From a virus (taxonomy: Duplodnaviria; Caudoviricetes), in the IMG/VR virus record IMGVR_UViG_3300049042_000212, positions 1 to 38,790 of that record: a DNA stretch of 38,790 nucleotides. One strand, written 5' to 3'. The notes below the pieces were generated by a model. It was not told the DNA's origin. It ran no database searches and saw only the letters and a program-made list of their open reading frames with translations. The position numbers and the translations under genes were made by a program. Shown here piece after piece: positions 26,160 through 35,099 of the stretch (position 1 is the stretch's first letter; every line of letters starts with the position of its first letter).

Positions 26160-29100
26160 AGGACACCCCGCTGAACTTGCTGATAGATCATGTCGTTAGT
26201 CTTCGACATGATGCGACGCTCCATCAGAGACATCGCAGACATCACGTCGGCGTGAACTCCTCTCTCTGCTCCGCGAGCATCGACGTTGATCGAGACTGCC
26301 TGCATCTTTGCGCCGCTTGAAGAGGGAACGCTCCGACGGTACTGAGCGCCAGAGGAGCCAGTCGAAGACATCTTCATATTTGACAGCTTGCTCGCGCCTG
26401 TTCCGCTGTAGACGCCTTTCTGAAGTGCGTCTTCGGTGTTTTCGTCGAAGTTAGTCTTGACGTTGATGGTCAAGTTCTTTTCCATGTTGTCTTCTATGCC
26501 GTCGAGCGTCTTCTTGAGACCCTCCGCGCCTTCGGACATCTCCTTCCACTGCTCGCGGAGCTTGTCGGAGTTGTTTTCCGTGTCTGCTACGATACCGCCC
26601 AGAGTCCTGTCGTTTGCTTTCTTCAAGTCTTCAAGTGAGTTGATCCCGCGCTGCGAGAGAGCTGTCATCAGCGCCGCGACCGCTTCAGGATCAGCGCCGT
26701 TCGCAAGGAGTTTCGCCTGCAAGTCCGCGAGACTCTTTCCTCCCGCTTCCATCGTTTCGATTGCGATGTCCTTCAGACCTTTCAGAGCTGCAATTCCTCG
26801 ACCGCCGGAGCCGATGAACTCTTCCCAAGCGCCCCTTATGTTGCCAGTTGCGACGAGCCCCTCTCCGAAAGCCTGATTCAGAGAGTGCATCCCCTGTTCG
26901 ACCTGAGCCCAGCTCATCTCTCCCGTTCGACCCGCCTCGATGAGAGCGTTCTGCATATCTTCAAGACTGACCCCAAGCTGCGCGACAAGAAGTCGAGCGT
27001 TGTCGATGTTTCCGTTCAGGTTAGTCGCAAGGAGGTATCCGAGCTGCGCTCCGACGTCTTCGGTGAGCCCAAGAACTTCCTCGAACGCCTGACCGAGCCC
27101 CTCGAAGAATCCCTTTGTCTCTTCGCCCATCGCGGCGAAGTTGTCGCCCCAGTTGCCGCCGTTGTCTCCTCCAGGGTTGAAGCGCCCAGTTCCTCCCTCG
27201 ACGAAGTTGAGCCTCTTTGCGTCGAACATTCGCATCTTCCCTTCGGCATCGAAGAAAGATACTCGACTGAGCTTCTCGAAGCCCTCTTCGACGAAGTTCG
27301 CGAAAGCGTGTCTCGCTTTTGTTTCAGGATTCTGCGGTCCCCACTTGAACTGAGAGCCGATAGCCGCCCCGACAAGAGCGCCGATCTGCTGTCCTATCTG
27401 CGCTCCAGCGCCACCGCCGAAGATGCCTCCGATTGTGCCGCCGATAGTGCCGCCGACTGCTGCACCGGTTCCCGCGTTCGACTTGGATTGCTTGTCCCGT
27501 TCTTTAGCCGACAGGATGTCTCCCAGGACAGCGATTCCGGCTTGCGCGTATCCTGCGTAGCTTGCCGCCTGAGAGCCAGAGCTGCCGCTGTTGAACTTTC
27601 CGTCTGCCCCCCCTGGTCCTTGCATCCCTGCCGCGTGAGCCTGCTCTGTCGTCCAGCCTGCGCTTCCTGAATTGAACTGACCGTCTGCCCCTCCTGGTCC
27701 TTGTATGCCCTGAGCGTGAGCCGCTTCGGTCGACCCGCCATTGTACCAGTTCACCGCCTCTTTGATTCCAGCCTCGAAAAGCTGCGAGAACGTGTTCTGA
27801 TTCTGTCCGTCGCTTGCGCCGCTTAGGTTCGGAAAGCTGCCCGAGCCGCCACCCCAGCCTGCGCTCGCTGTGCCTGTTGGGTTGCTCTGAAAGTATTGAA
27901 TGATCCCCTTTCCGATAGCCTCCCCGACTCCTCCGAAAGTGCCGAGATTTGCGTTCAGCCCCCCCGTGAGCGACGCCATGATTTCGCTTAGAAAGCCCGA
28001 CGCGAGCTGCTTCAGCCCGTCTTTCCAGTCGAACTCGCCAGGGTTGAAGAGGTTGTCGAAGACTCCGCGCCATTGGTTCACGGCTTCTTGGTGCTGAGCC
28101 TTGAGCTGCTGTCCGTGTCTCTGAAGCGCCTCTTTCATGCGCTCGTCGTAAGTCTTGACCGCGTCTCTCGCGTTAGCGTCAGCTAACTCGCCCAGCTCCG
28201 ACTCGGTGAGCTTCTTTGCTGAGACCAGGTCGCTGTGCGCTGCGATGAAAGCGTCTCTCGTGTTTGAGTAGAGCTGAGCTTTCATCGTCTCGAAAGCTGC
28301 TGGATCGATGCGCTCGATTGCGCCCTCGATTCCGTCTTTGATGATGTCGACGTTTACGCGAGAGAGTTCCGAACTCAGAGCGCCTTCTTTGCCCTTACCT
28401 TTCCCGCCACCGCCGCCACTGCCGAGACCGTACTTTTTCATCCACTCTTGCTGTCGACGCGCATAGTCTTCAGCGATTTTCTCTTGTCTCTTTGCGAGAG
28501 CGTCGGCGTCTGCTTTTTCCTTTTCCGTGTAATCCTGTATGAGCTTCGTCTTGTCCTTGCGGACCTGTTCCAGCTCTGCTTCCCAGAGTGCCTTTTTCTG
28601 AGCTTGAACTTTTCCGAGATAATCTTTATCCCAGAGGTTGACGAGAGACCCTCCCGAGAACGCGCCCGTAAGTCCTGCAATGTCCGACTGTAGCTGTTGC
28701 TCCCTATCGCTCAGTCGAGCCGACTCCTTTGTGAACTTACCCTGATCGGTGATTCCATAAATATGATCGAGCCCCATTGCGAACTTCTCAAGTAAGCCGA
28801 GCGCGACCGGAAGAGCTTTTGTCGCTATACCAAGGAAGACTCCTTCGACTTGAGCGAGAGCCGCTCCGAACTTTTGCATCTCCTCCGGATTCGCTGCGAC
28901 TCGAAGAGCCTGAAGCTGCGTCGCGAGGAGCGCGCTTCCGTCGACACCGATAGCGATGTTTTTTACCGCTTCAGACATCGCGTTCTTGAATACTGTGACC
29001 GAGTCGCCAGCCCCCAGAGATACAGGATCAAGATTGCTCAGAACGCTGCCGAGTTGTGAGAGAGCCTTCTGCGTTCCTTCAGCCTTTGACTTGACCTCTC

Positions 29101-29620
29101 CGATCTGAAAGCCGAACTCTTTGAGCCCCTGCGCTTTGCCGCTTGAGACGGCATCCATTAGCTGCCCGAAGACTTCGGTCGTGTTAAGGTCTTTCGCGTC
29201 AGCGATTCGCGCTGCTAGGTCTGCTAGGTCTGCGAGATGCTTGTTGAGGTTCGGAATACCCTTGATCAAGCCGTCGTTCGCTACCTTCATCAAGTCGAAC
29301 TTTTCGATCAAGCCCTTCGTTCTCTCCGATGCACGATCAAGAGCGGAGCTGTCTCCTCCGAGCTTTTGAAAAGCTGATGCGATACCTGCTGCGCCATCTC
29401 CCGCGACAGCCAGTTCGAGGACGTTGTCGGAAAGTTTCTTGATTCCGTATGCCGCACCCGCAAAGACCGCGCCGCTGAAAGCGACTTTCAGGTTCCGTGA
29501 GATGCTGTTGACCTGCTTCTCGAAGCCGCCAAGAATCGACGCTGCCTTCGCCATGTCCGCAGAGAGCGACGCGACGTTCGCTGCGATGTCGATTTTGATT
29601 CCCGCGACTCTTCTTGCCAT
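26156..29620 (-). CDS. Tail tape measure protein
   Basis: 1154 aa, A/G/helix-rich, directly after the chaperone pair. Confidence 0.88.
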   Translation of the reverse strand: MARRVAGIKIDIAANVASLSADMAKAASILGGFEKQVNSISRNLKVAFSGAVFAGAAYGIKKLSDNVLELAVAGDGAAGIASAFQKLGGDSSALDRASERTKGLIEKFDLMKVANDGLIKGIPNLNKHLADLADLAARIADAKDLNTTEVFGQLMDAVSSGKAQGLKEFGFQIGEVKSKAEGTQKALSQLGSVLSNLDPVSLGAGDSVTVFKNAMSEAVKNIAIGVDGSALLATQLQALRVAANPEEMQKFGAALAQVEGVFLGIATKALPVALGLLEKFAMGLDHIYGITDQGKFTKESARLSDREQQLQSDIAGLTGAFSGGSLVNLWDKDYLGKVQAQKKALWEAELEQVRKDKTKLIQDYTEKEKADADALAKRQEKIAEDYARRQQEWMKKYGLGSGGGGGKGKGKEGALSSELSRVNVDIIKDGIEGAIERIDPAAFETMKAQLYSNTRDAFIAAHSDLVSAKKLTESELGELADANARDAVKTYDERMKEALQRHGQQLKAQHQEAVNQWRGVFDNLFNPGEFDWKDGLKQLASGFLSEIMASLTGGLNANLGTFGGVGEAIGKGIIQYFQSNPTGTASAGWGGGSGSFPNLSGASDGQNQNTFSQLFEAGIKEAVNWYNGGSTEAAHAQGIQGPGGADGQFNSGSAGWTTEQAHAAGMQGPGGADGKFNSGSSGSQAASYAGYAQAGIAVLGDILSAKERDKQSKSNAGTGAAVGGTIGGTIGGIFGGGAGAQIGQQIGALVGAAIGSQFKWGPQNPETKARHAFANFVEEGFEKLSRVSFFDAEGKMRMFDAKRLNFVEGGTGRFNPGGDNGGNWGDNFAAMGEETKGFFEGLGQAFEEVLGLTEDVGAQLGYLLATNLNGNIDNARLLVAQLGVSLEDMQNALIEAGRTGEMSWAQVEQGMHSLNQAFGEGLVATGNIRGAWEEFIGSGGRGIAALKGLKDIAIETMEAGGKSLADLQAKLLANGADPEAVAALMTALSQRGINSLEDLKKANDRTLGGIVADTENNSDKLREQWKEMSEGAEGLKKTLDGIEDNMEKNLTINVKTNFDENTEDALQKGVYSGTGASKLSNMKMSSTGSSGAQYRRSVPSSSGAKMQAVSINVDARGAERGVHADVMSAMSLMERRIMSKTNDMIYQQVQRGVL
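27581..27727. repeat. 81-bp (27-aa) tandem duplication inside the TMP
   Basis: EAAHAQGIQGPGGADGQFNSGS / EQAHAAGMQGPGGADGKFNSGS. Confidence 0.85.
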
Positions 29621-29629
29621 GCTCTGAGT

Positions 29630-30384
29630 TTACGCTCCCGACGGCTTTTCGCCTATACCGTCAGCAGCAGTCTTCGGCTTGTCTTTGTCGACCATCGCTC
29701 GGAAAAGCCCGAGAAGCTGCTTCGAGTTTGCTTTTTTCTTTTTGACTTTGTACTCCGGAAAGTCGTCAAAGACGTCGACGTTCTTCGCTCCGAGCGCTGA
29801 CCTGATTGTCGCCGTGATGATTCCAGCTCGATAGTCTTCGCGCTTGATCTGCGCCTTGCGAGCGTCGATCAGAGCGCTGATTTTCGCCGGAGTCATCTTC
29901 CAGAACTCGTCTTCCCCGACGCCGCATTCGACGCGCATCCACGCCATCAGCTCGATCAGGTTGGTCTCGTCCTCAGACTGAAGAGCCTCTTCGGTCTCTT
30001 CGTCGTCATCTACGGCTTTTTTTTTGGTTCAGGTTGCGACTTCGTGACCGCTCTGCTGACCGTTGCCAAGATGTCCGGCATCTCCTCCCAACGAATCATC
30101 CCCTGGATGTTGTCGATTGCCGAGACGATGTCCTTTGCAGGAACTCCAGGCTCGTCCTTTCTCGCGTCAATCGGTGAGTGAAGACCAAGCGAAGGATCAC
30201 CCTCGATCAGACCAGCCCAGACGAGGACTCCGACATGGTCTGGATCGGTGATATCCAATTCGCTCGCCTTCTTCCCGAGTATCGCTTTGACGCGAGAGAA
30301 GGATCGAACCGTGAAATAGAAAGGACGCTCGACACCGCCGAGCGTTATTGTCATGGCTGGATCAGCCTTTTCCACTGCTTGCAT
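29630..30384 (-). CDS. Tail assembly chaperone GT fusion (via -1 frameshift)
   Basis: Slippery A9G at 30016-30025; the -1 frame reads AVDDDEETEEALQSEDETNLIELMAWMR.. into ORF 29630..29947. Confidence 0.8.
29653..29664 (-). promoter_or_regulatory. Putative late-promoter motif copy (CTGACGGTATAG) upstream of the TMP
   Basis: One mismatch to the copy at 495; about 33 nt before ATG 29620. Confidence 0.45.
30010..30384 (-). CDS. Tail assembly chaperone G
   Basis: Follows the major tail protein; ends EPKKKP over the slippery site. Confidence 0.8.
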   Translation of the reverse strand: MQAVEKADPAMTITLGGVERPFYFTVRSFSRVKAILGKKASELDITDPDHVGVLVWAGLIEGDPSLGLHSPIDARKDEPGVPAKDIVSAIDNIQGMIRWEEMPDILATVSRAVTKSQPEPKKKP

Positions 30385-30414
30385 TTAATCGACTCCGTTT
30401 TCGATGTTTACTGA

Positions 30415-30831
30415 CTAAGCGTTCGTGACTGCGCCGTCGACTGCCAGAGTGACCGAAATCGTCTGGAAGCCGTCGACAGGAGACTCGAAGCTGACTGATA
30501 CATACGCGCCGAAAGTAAACTCCTCCGCGCCCGCGTCTGTCAAAACGAGCTTAAAGTTCTTCTTCGTCCCGTTCTTTGCCGCTGTTACGAGAGCCCCATG
30601 CTGAGTGTCGCTGCTATCGTAATAAGCTCGGAAGTTGAGCGCAGGTTTGTCGACGATACTTACGCGACGGATGATGTCTTCCGTCCCGTGATGACGCGCT
30701 TCGATGAACTGAGGAGCGAAGCCGCCGCCTGTTGGTCCTTCAAAGATGCAGTCGATGTTTGTGAAGACTTCGGGAGTTGCCCCGTCTCCGAGCTTTAATT
30801 GTGTTCCGTGTGCTGCTTGTGGGTTGCTCAT
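30415..30831 (-). CDS. Major tail (tube) protein
   Basis: GTQLKLGDGATPEVFT..NFKLVLTD..FTFGAYV..VTLAVDGAV. Confidence 0.85.
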   Translation of the reverse strand: MSNPQAAHGTQLKLGDGATPEVFTNIDCIFEGPTGGGFAPQFIEARHHGTEDIIRRVSIVDKPALNFRAYYDSSDTQHGALVTAAKNGTKKNFKLVLTDAGAEEFTFGAYVSVSFESPVDGFQTISVTLAVDGAVTNA

Positions 30832-30836
30832 CTGTC

Positions 30837-31229
30837 CTATGCCTCGTCATGGGTTAAAGCGACCTCGACTGGAACCGTGAAGAGCCCCGTGTCGAAATCA
30901 TAATCGTCGAACTCATTTTGCACCTCTGCTCGGTGTATGACCAGACCCGCGACCGTTCCGGAGAAACCGCTCAGAGTGCTGCGAACGAGCTTCGCGAGAT
31001 TCTTCGCGACCTGGATGTCCTTTCCGTAGCACCCGACCTCGAAGAAGCTCGTCAGCTTTCCGCTCGACTTAGTGTGACTGATAGCTGCTCCCTCAGTCGA
31101 TACCCGCAGAAAGACGATAGCGGGAACCGGAGTCTTCTCCGGAAGGAATACCGGATAGATACGATTGCCGACGATAGCCGTGATCGCTGCGGTCGTTGAG
31201 AGCTTCTGAAAGAGCGCCTTCTCTATCAT
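30837..31229 (-). CDS. Tail terminator (DUF3168-like)
   Basis: IVGNRIYP..PAIVF motif; position before the tube gene. Confidence 0.8.
   Translation of the reverse strand: MIEKALFQKLSTTAAITAIVGNRIYPVFLPEKTPVPAIVFLRVSTEGAAISHTKSSGKLTSFFEVGCYGKDIQVAKNLAKLVRSTLSGFSGTVAGLVIHRAEVQNEFDDYDFDTGLFTVPVEVALTHDEA
31098..31109 (-). promoter_or_regulatory. Putative internal late-promoter motif copy (CTGCGGGTATCG) upstream of the major tail gene
   Basis: Exact 12-bp match to the copies at 20007 and 34232. Confidence 0.5.
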
Positions 31230-31750
31230 CCTTTCCCCTTCGCGATGTCTGCCTGCGCTTCGAGTGCCAGCTCTCGGAGGTCTTTGACGAACTCTTCGAT
31301 AATCCCGTTCGAGTTCTTGTCGACTGCCCCTTTCATGATGTTGCGATCCTTTATCCTTCTGATGAACTTCTTGTCTGGTGCGTGTCCTGTTAGGTTCCAG
31401 CCCAGGTCGACCAGATGGAAGTGAGGAGCGACCCTCCCTCTGGCCGTGACGCCTCCGGAGAGATAGCCCGTCTTCTTGTTGAGTCGGAACTGCTTCTTGA
31501 GCGATTCCTTCATTTTGCCGGTCTTCCCGACCGGAGTCTGAGACTGAACATCAGCGAAGAGCTTTTCGACGCCCCCTTTTAGAGCCTTGCGAAAGCATTT
31601 CTGAAGCGTCTTGTCCGGAAGAGTCTTCAGGATTGCCGCGACTTCTGCGGTTCCCAGCGCCTTGATGTCGATGATCTGCCGGTCTCCAGTCTGAGCGCCG
31701 AAGGATGTCGCGTTCCCGAACGTGAAGCCGTATTTTGTAAACCTAGCCAC
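31226..31750 (-). CDS. HK97 gp10-like tail completion protein
   Basis: TPVGKTGKMKESL..HFHLVDLG..MKGAVD; gene position. Confidence 0.75.
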   Translation of the reverse strand: MARFTKYGFTFGNATSFGAQTGDRQIIDIKALGTAEVAAILKTLPDKTLQKCFRKALKGGVEKLFADVQSQTPVGKTGKMKESLKKQFRLNKKTGYLSGGVTARGRVAPHFHLVDLGWNLTGHAPDKKFIRRIKDRNIMKGAVDKNSNGIIEEFVKDLRELALEAQADIAKGKG

Positions 31751-32069
31751 GATGCACCCCCCGAAGCTCCAGCCCGTCGAAGTTCCGCGTGACTGAGACC
31801 GAGCGCAGCCCCTCGATTTTGTACGCCTTAGAGCGGAAGAGAACTCTGTCCGCGCTCGTCACGTCGCCCCGATGCCGTATCAGGAAGGTCGCGGGAGTCT
31901 CGAACTCTCCCTCTGTCTGCCTGCGCTGAGCCTCGGAGCCCATATCGAAAGAGACCTCCGCATAGACTCTCGCGAAAGTCGCCCAGCCCGTGATCTGCTC
32001 TCCAAGGTCGCCCCGAGTGACCGTCTTTCGCTGTAGCTCGATGACCTCCCTCATTCTGCCGAACTTCAT
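31743..32069 (-). CDS. Head closure / head-tail joining protein (SPP1 gp16-like)
   Basis: GRMREVIELQ..WATFARVYAEV..FLIRHRGDV..RVLF. Confidence 0.85.
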   Translation of the reverse strand: MKFGRMREVIELQRKTVTRGDLGEQITGWATFARVYAEVSFDMGSEAQRRQTEGEFETPATFLIRHRGDVTSADRVLFRSKAYKIEGLRSVSVTRNFDGLELRGVHRG

Positions 32070-32080
32070 CTTTTGCCACC

Positions 32081-32722
32081 TCAGAAGAACGAAATCACTC
32101 GATAAGGAGCCAGCAGAAAGTCGATGCTCATGGGTATTTCTGAAAGCTGTCCCGCGTTCACCAAGTCAGGATTCTCATAAAGATGCGCGACCAGGAGCTT
32201 GATCGCGTGTTTAATCGGAGCCGGAACTGTCGACGCCTCCGCTCCGTAGCCTGCGATGTAGGTGATTTCGACCGCGTTTGGTCTGTCGTCCTCAACGTCC
32301 TCCCAGTCTTCGCCCTCTCTCAAGAAGATGCGAGCCGGAGCTGAGATAGGATCAAGCCAGTATCGCGACGAAGCGAAGGTCTGCTGCACCCCGTCTTTGT
32401 CGTAGTATTTGATATGCGTGACGCTCTGAACTGGTGCCTGCGGTATGCGAAAGCCCCTCTCTTTCGGAAAGCGGTCGAGGTAAAGCCGCCAGGTCTGATT
32501 GATAAAGCTGCGTCGAGTGACGTTCTCGACTGTTACTCTCGCCGCAGTAGTAAGCGCCCAGAGAGCCGCGTCCTCGTCGTTATGCGTGACTCGAAGATGC
32601 TCTCTGACCTCTGCCAGAGAGACCGGTTCCGTCGCAGGCTCAGCGATAAGCTGCGCCCGAGTGTAAAGCAGCGGAGCAGGGTTCCGCTCGTATGACCGAA
32701 GGTCTGGAACTTTCGTCGTCAC
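32081..32722 (-). CDS. Head-tail connector (HK97 gp6/gp15-like)
   Basis: EPVSLAEVREHLRV..AGYG..VPAPIKHAIKLLVAHLYEN..LLAPYR. Confidence 0.9.
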   Translation of the reverse strand: MTTKVPDLRSYERNPAPLLYTRAQLIAEPATEPVSLAEVREHLRVTHNDEDAALWALTTAARVTVENVTRRSFINQTWRLYLDRFPKERGFRIPQAPVQSVTHIKYYDKDGVQQTFASSRYWLDPISAPARIFLREGEDWEDVEDDRPNAVEITYIAGYGAEASTVPAPIKHAIKLLVAHLYENPDLVNAGQLSEIPMSIDFLLAPYRVISFF

Positions 32723-32741
32723 TTCTTCCCTTTGGTAAAGT

Positions 32742-32777
32742 GAGACGCGCCGAACGAACTACTATTCGACGCGTCTC
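32742..32777 (-). terminator. Hairpin after the major capsid gene (weak terminator or mRNA stabiliser)
   Basis: gagacgcg..cgcgtctc stem; short U tract on the minus strand. Confidence 0.5.
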
Positions 32778-32800
32778 TAGGTACTACAACAAACAACAAC

Positions 32801-34129
32801 CTAAGCGCGAGTCGCAAGCTGAATGTATGGCGCAAGCGTAGCCGCACCATTCTTCGGAGTGAGAGCGCTCGCCCATGTTGGCTGTCCGTCGACGCGATAG
32901 GTGAACTTCAACACCTGCTCATCGTAGAGGAAGCGAACGTGAACGCTGCTCTGCATCGTGGTTCCACCCTTTTCAACAAGGATGTACTCGCTCATGTCGG
33001 CAAGAACTACATCGCCGACAGTACCCACCGCCGAACACTGCTCGACAGGAATAACCGGCAAGCCGAATAGCGTTGCGTATGGTGAGTTAGCGAACTGACC
33101 TGCTGGGAAGTATATTCCATTATTCCCAAGAGTAAGCCCGAAGAGCTGAGTCTCGACTGCCTGATTGATGAACCAGACTGCGTTCTGCCTGTTAGCGCCG
33201 AAGCATCTGGAATACATATTGAACAAGTTCTCCTTGTTCACTGTAGCAGCAGCCTGACCGGTCTCCTTTGCGACTGTCACGATGCCCGAGCCTGTAGCTG
33301 CTCGGATGCCTCGCGGTTTGCCGCTTCCGTCACCGTTAAGAACTGCCTCATCAAGCGCGAACGCCATCTCTTTCGCGAAGCTCTCCTCGACAAGAGACTG
33401 AAGAGCGCTCGTGTCGCTCGAAAGCTCGTCGGTGAGGTACATCGCAGCGCCTAGCTTGTAGAGCGAGAAGGACATCTGCCGGAAAGCAGGCTTGCTCGCA
33501 GTGTAAGCGTCAGCCTCCGCGAGCCAGTATGCACGAACGCCACCGAAGCGACTTCCGTCTGCCCTGCTCGTCTCGTTGACGACGTTGATCTTCAAGCCGT
33601 TCGAGCCAGCCGAAATCGGAATCCTGCGACAACGACTCGCAAGAACTCCCGAGTTGTAGACCCGAGTCAGAAGCTCATTTGCGAAGTCAGTGTCGACAAG
33701 GAATCCACCGTCTGCCGATACCTGCTCAGAAGCTCCGCTCGGAGTTCCGCGAGTCTCGCGAAGACGAGGATCGAAGCGCTTGCCTGGTGTGCCAGCGTCG
33801 ACGACAGCCTTGAGGAAATCCCCCAAGCTGCCCCAGCGCTTGCCATCAGACCGCTTCTGCTCTGCCTGTACCGACTGAGTGTCGTCAGCAGCCTCATAAG
33901 CCCCAGCAGCAGCCGGAATCGAGCGCGACTCTTCTGCTCTGAACTGAGCCAGGATGCCCTCTTTCTCGATTCTCTGCGTGAGACTCTTCGCCTCTGCCTC
34001 GCGCTCGTTCCACTCGCGCTCTTCCTCAGTCGTGAAATCTCGCTTCTCTGCGTCAGCTCTGTCGGTAAGCGCTTGCATAGCAGCCACGACAGAAGCTCGC
34101 CGCTTCAAAAAGTCTTGTGTGCCCTTCAT
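32801..34129 (-). CDS. HK97-fold major capsid protein with N-terminal delta (scaffold) domain
   Basis: Coiled-coil N-terminus; DGGFLV, LNGDGSGKPRGI, LFGLPV, FTYRVDGQP motifs. Confidence 0.95.
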   Translation of the reverse strand: MKGTQDFLKRRASVVAAMQALTDRADAEKRDFTTEEEREWNEREAEAKSLTQRIEKEGILAQFRAEESRSIPAAAGAYEAADDTQSVQAEQKRSDGKRWGSLGDFLKAVVDAGTPGKRFDPRLRETRGTPSGASEQVSADGGFLVDTDFANELLTRVYNSGVLASRCRRIPISAGSNGLKINVVNETSRADGSRFGGVRAYWLAEADAYTASKPAFRQMSFSLYKLGAAMYLTDELSSDTSALQSLVEESFAKEMAFALDEAVLNGDGSGKPRGIRAATGSGIVTVAKETGQAAATVNKENLFNMYSRCFGANRQNAVWFINQAVETQLFGLTLGNNGIYFPAGQFANSPYATLFGLPVIPVEQCSAVGTVGDVVLADMSEYILVEKGGTTMQSSVHVRFLYDEQVLKFTYRVDGQPTWASALTPKNGAATLAPYIQLATRA

Positions 34130-34169
34130 AATATCCCCATAAATTACAGATTAAAGCCCAGCCGCTAGG

Positions 34170-34209
34170 GACTGAAGCTCGACCGATAGCGGTCGAGGTT
34201 CCTTCAGTC
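34170..34209 (-). promoter_or_regulatory. Long bulged hairpin in the MCP 5' leader
   Basis: gactgaag-ctcgaccg-atag-cggtcgag-gttc-cttcagtc (8+8 bp perfect stems). Confidence 0.65.
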
Positions 34210-34231
34210 TGAAGAGAGTCTTTCTTTTTGA

Positions 34232-34266
34232 CGATACCCGCAGATCATTTTCGTGACGTCACGAAA
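34232..34266 (-). promoter_or_regulatory. Late-promoter motif (34232-34243) with an adjacent perfect 18-bp palindrome (34249-34266)
   Basis: CTGCGGGTATCG; tttcgtgacgtcacgaaa. Confidence 0.65.
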
Positions 34267-34304
34267 TAGGTCTCCCGATCAGGATGCTGACGCCAGCAGT
34301 CTGA

Positions 34305-34469
34305 TCAGCCCCTCTTTCCCCTGCCAGCCTTCAGAAAGATGTTCCAGAGACCCGCCGTCGGGACGAAGAAGACCCAGCAGCCGGATGGAAGCACCTCGCA
34401 ATAGACCTGTTCACCCCTGACCGTCTTCAGATACGCCGTCGGAGCGATTTGATAGGTCTCCGTCTGCAA
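34305..34469 (-). CDS. Small hypothetical protein, 54 aa (not in ORF track)
   Basis: GGAG RBS then TTG; MQTETYQIAPTAYLKTVRGEQVYCEVLPSGCWVFFVPTAGLWNIFLKAGRGKRG. Confidence 0.45.
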   Translation of the reverse strand: MQTETYQIAPTAYLKTVRGEQVYCEVLPSGCWVFFVPTAGLWNIFLKAGRGKRG

Positions 34470-34478
34470 GCCCGCTCC

Positions 34479-35099
34479 CTATAGTGACAGGAGCAGCCGA
34501 AGTCTCCTCTCGAAGCTCGCCCGCTTGCGTCGACTTTCTGCCTCCGCAGCCTGCTCGACAAGCTCTCTTTCTTTCCAGACCAGCTCTGCCGACGATAGAT
34601 GCTCCGCTCGAAGCCCTGCGCTCGTTGCTGGGTATGCTGGGAAAGCGACCAGACTGACCTCAAACAAGTCGACGTCGAGCAGCTCCCGATATGCTCTGCC
34701 TCCCTTTGTCCCCCACTTGTCAGAGACCGTCTGAAAGCCGAAGGAGAAGCCGTCGACGACCCCTGAGCGCACCCACTCGACAGCCGTCCGACCGTCTTCG
34801 GTGTCGATAGGAGAAAGCTCGACGCGCAGCCCTCTTTCGTCTTCGCTCAAAGAGAGGTTTCCCGCCTTAGTTCTGCCAATGATTTTGCCGGTCTGGTGGT
34901 CGAGGAGCGCTCGAACGTCCTGACTCTCGCGAAGCGCCCGCTTAAAAGCCCCAGGTCTGATGACTTCGGTGAAGAAGCCCAGGTCGACGCTGTCGCTGTC
35001 GTACACCGCCGCATAGCCGGTGATGACGTCGCGAGCGTCTGCCCGCTGTTCCACTGTCAGACTGCCGCAAGCTCCTCGATATTCCCGTTCTTTGCTCAT
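34479..35099 (-). CDS. HK97-family prohead maturation protease (S78)
   Basis: ITGYAAVY, EVIRPGAF, LLDH, GFSFGF and EVSLVAFPAY motifs; ATGA-coupled start MSKE. Confidence 0.93.
   Translation of the reverse strand: MSKEREYRGACGSLTVEQRADARDVITGYAAVYDSDSVDLGFFTEVIRPGAFKRALRESQDVRALLDHQTGKIIGRTKAGNLSLSEDERGLRVELSPIDTEDGRTAVEWVRSGVVDGFSFGFQTVSDKWGTKGGRAYRELLDVDLFEVSLVAFPAYPATSAGLRAEHLSSAELVWKERELVEQAAEAESRRKRASFERRLRLLLSL

Noticed and set aside
26885-27670. Long plus-strand ORFs (also 37655..38290, 18402..18941, 8814..9341)
   Set aside because: Antisense shadows of well-supported minus-strand genes, with no recognisable motifs.
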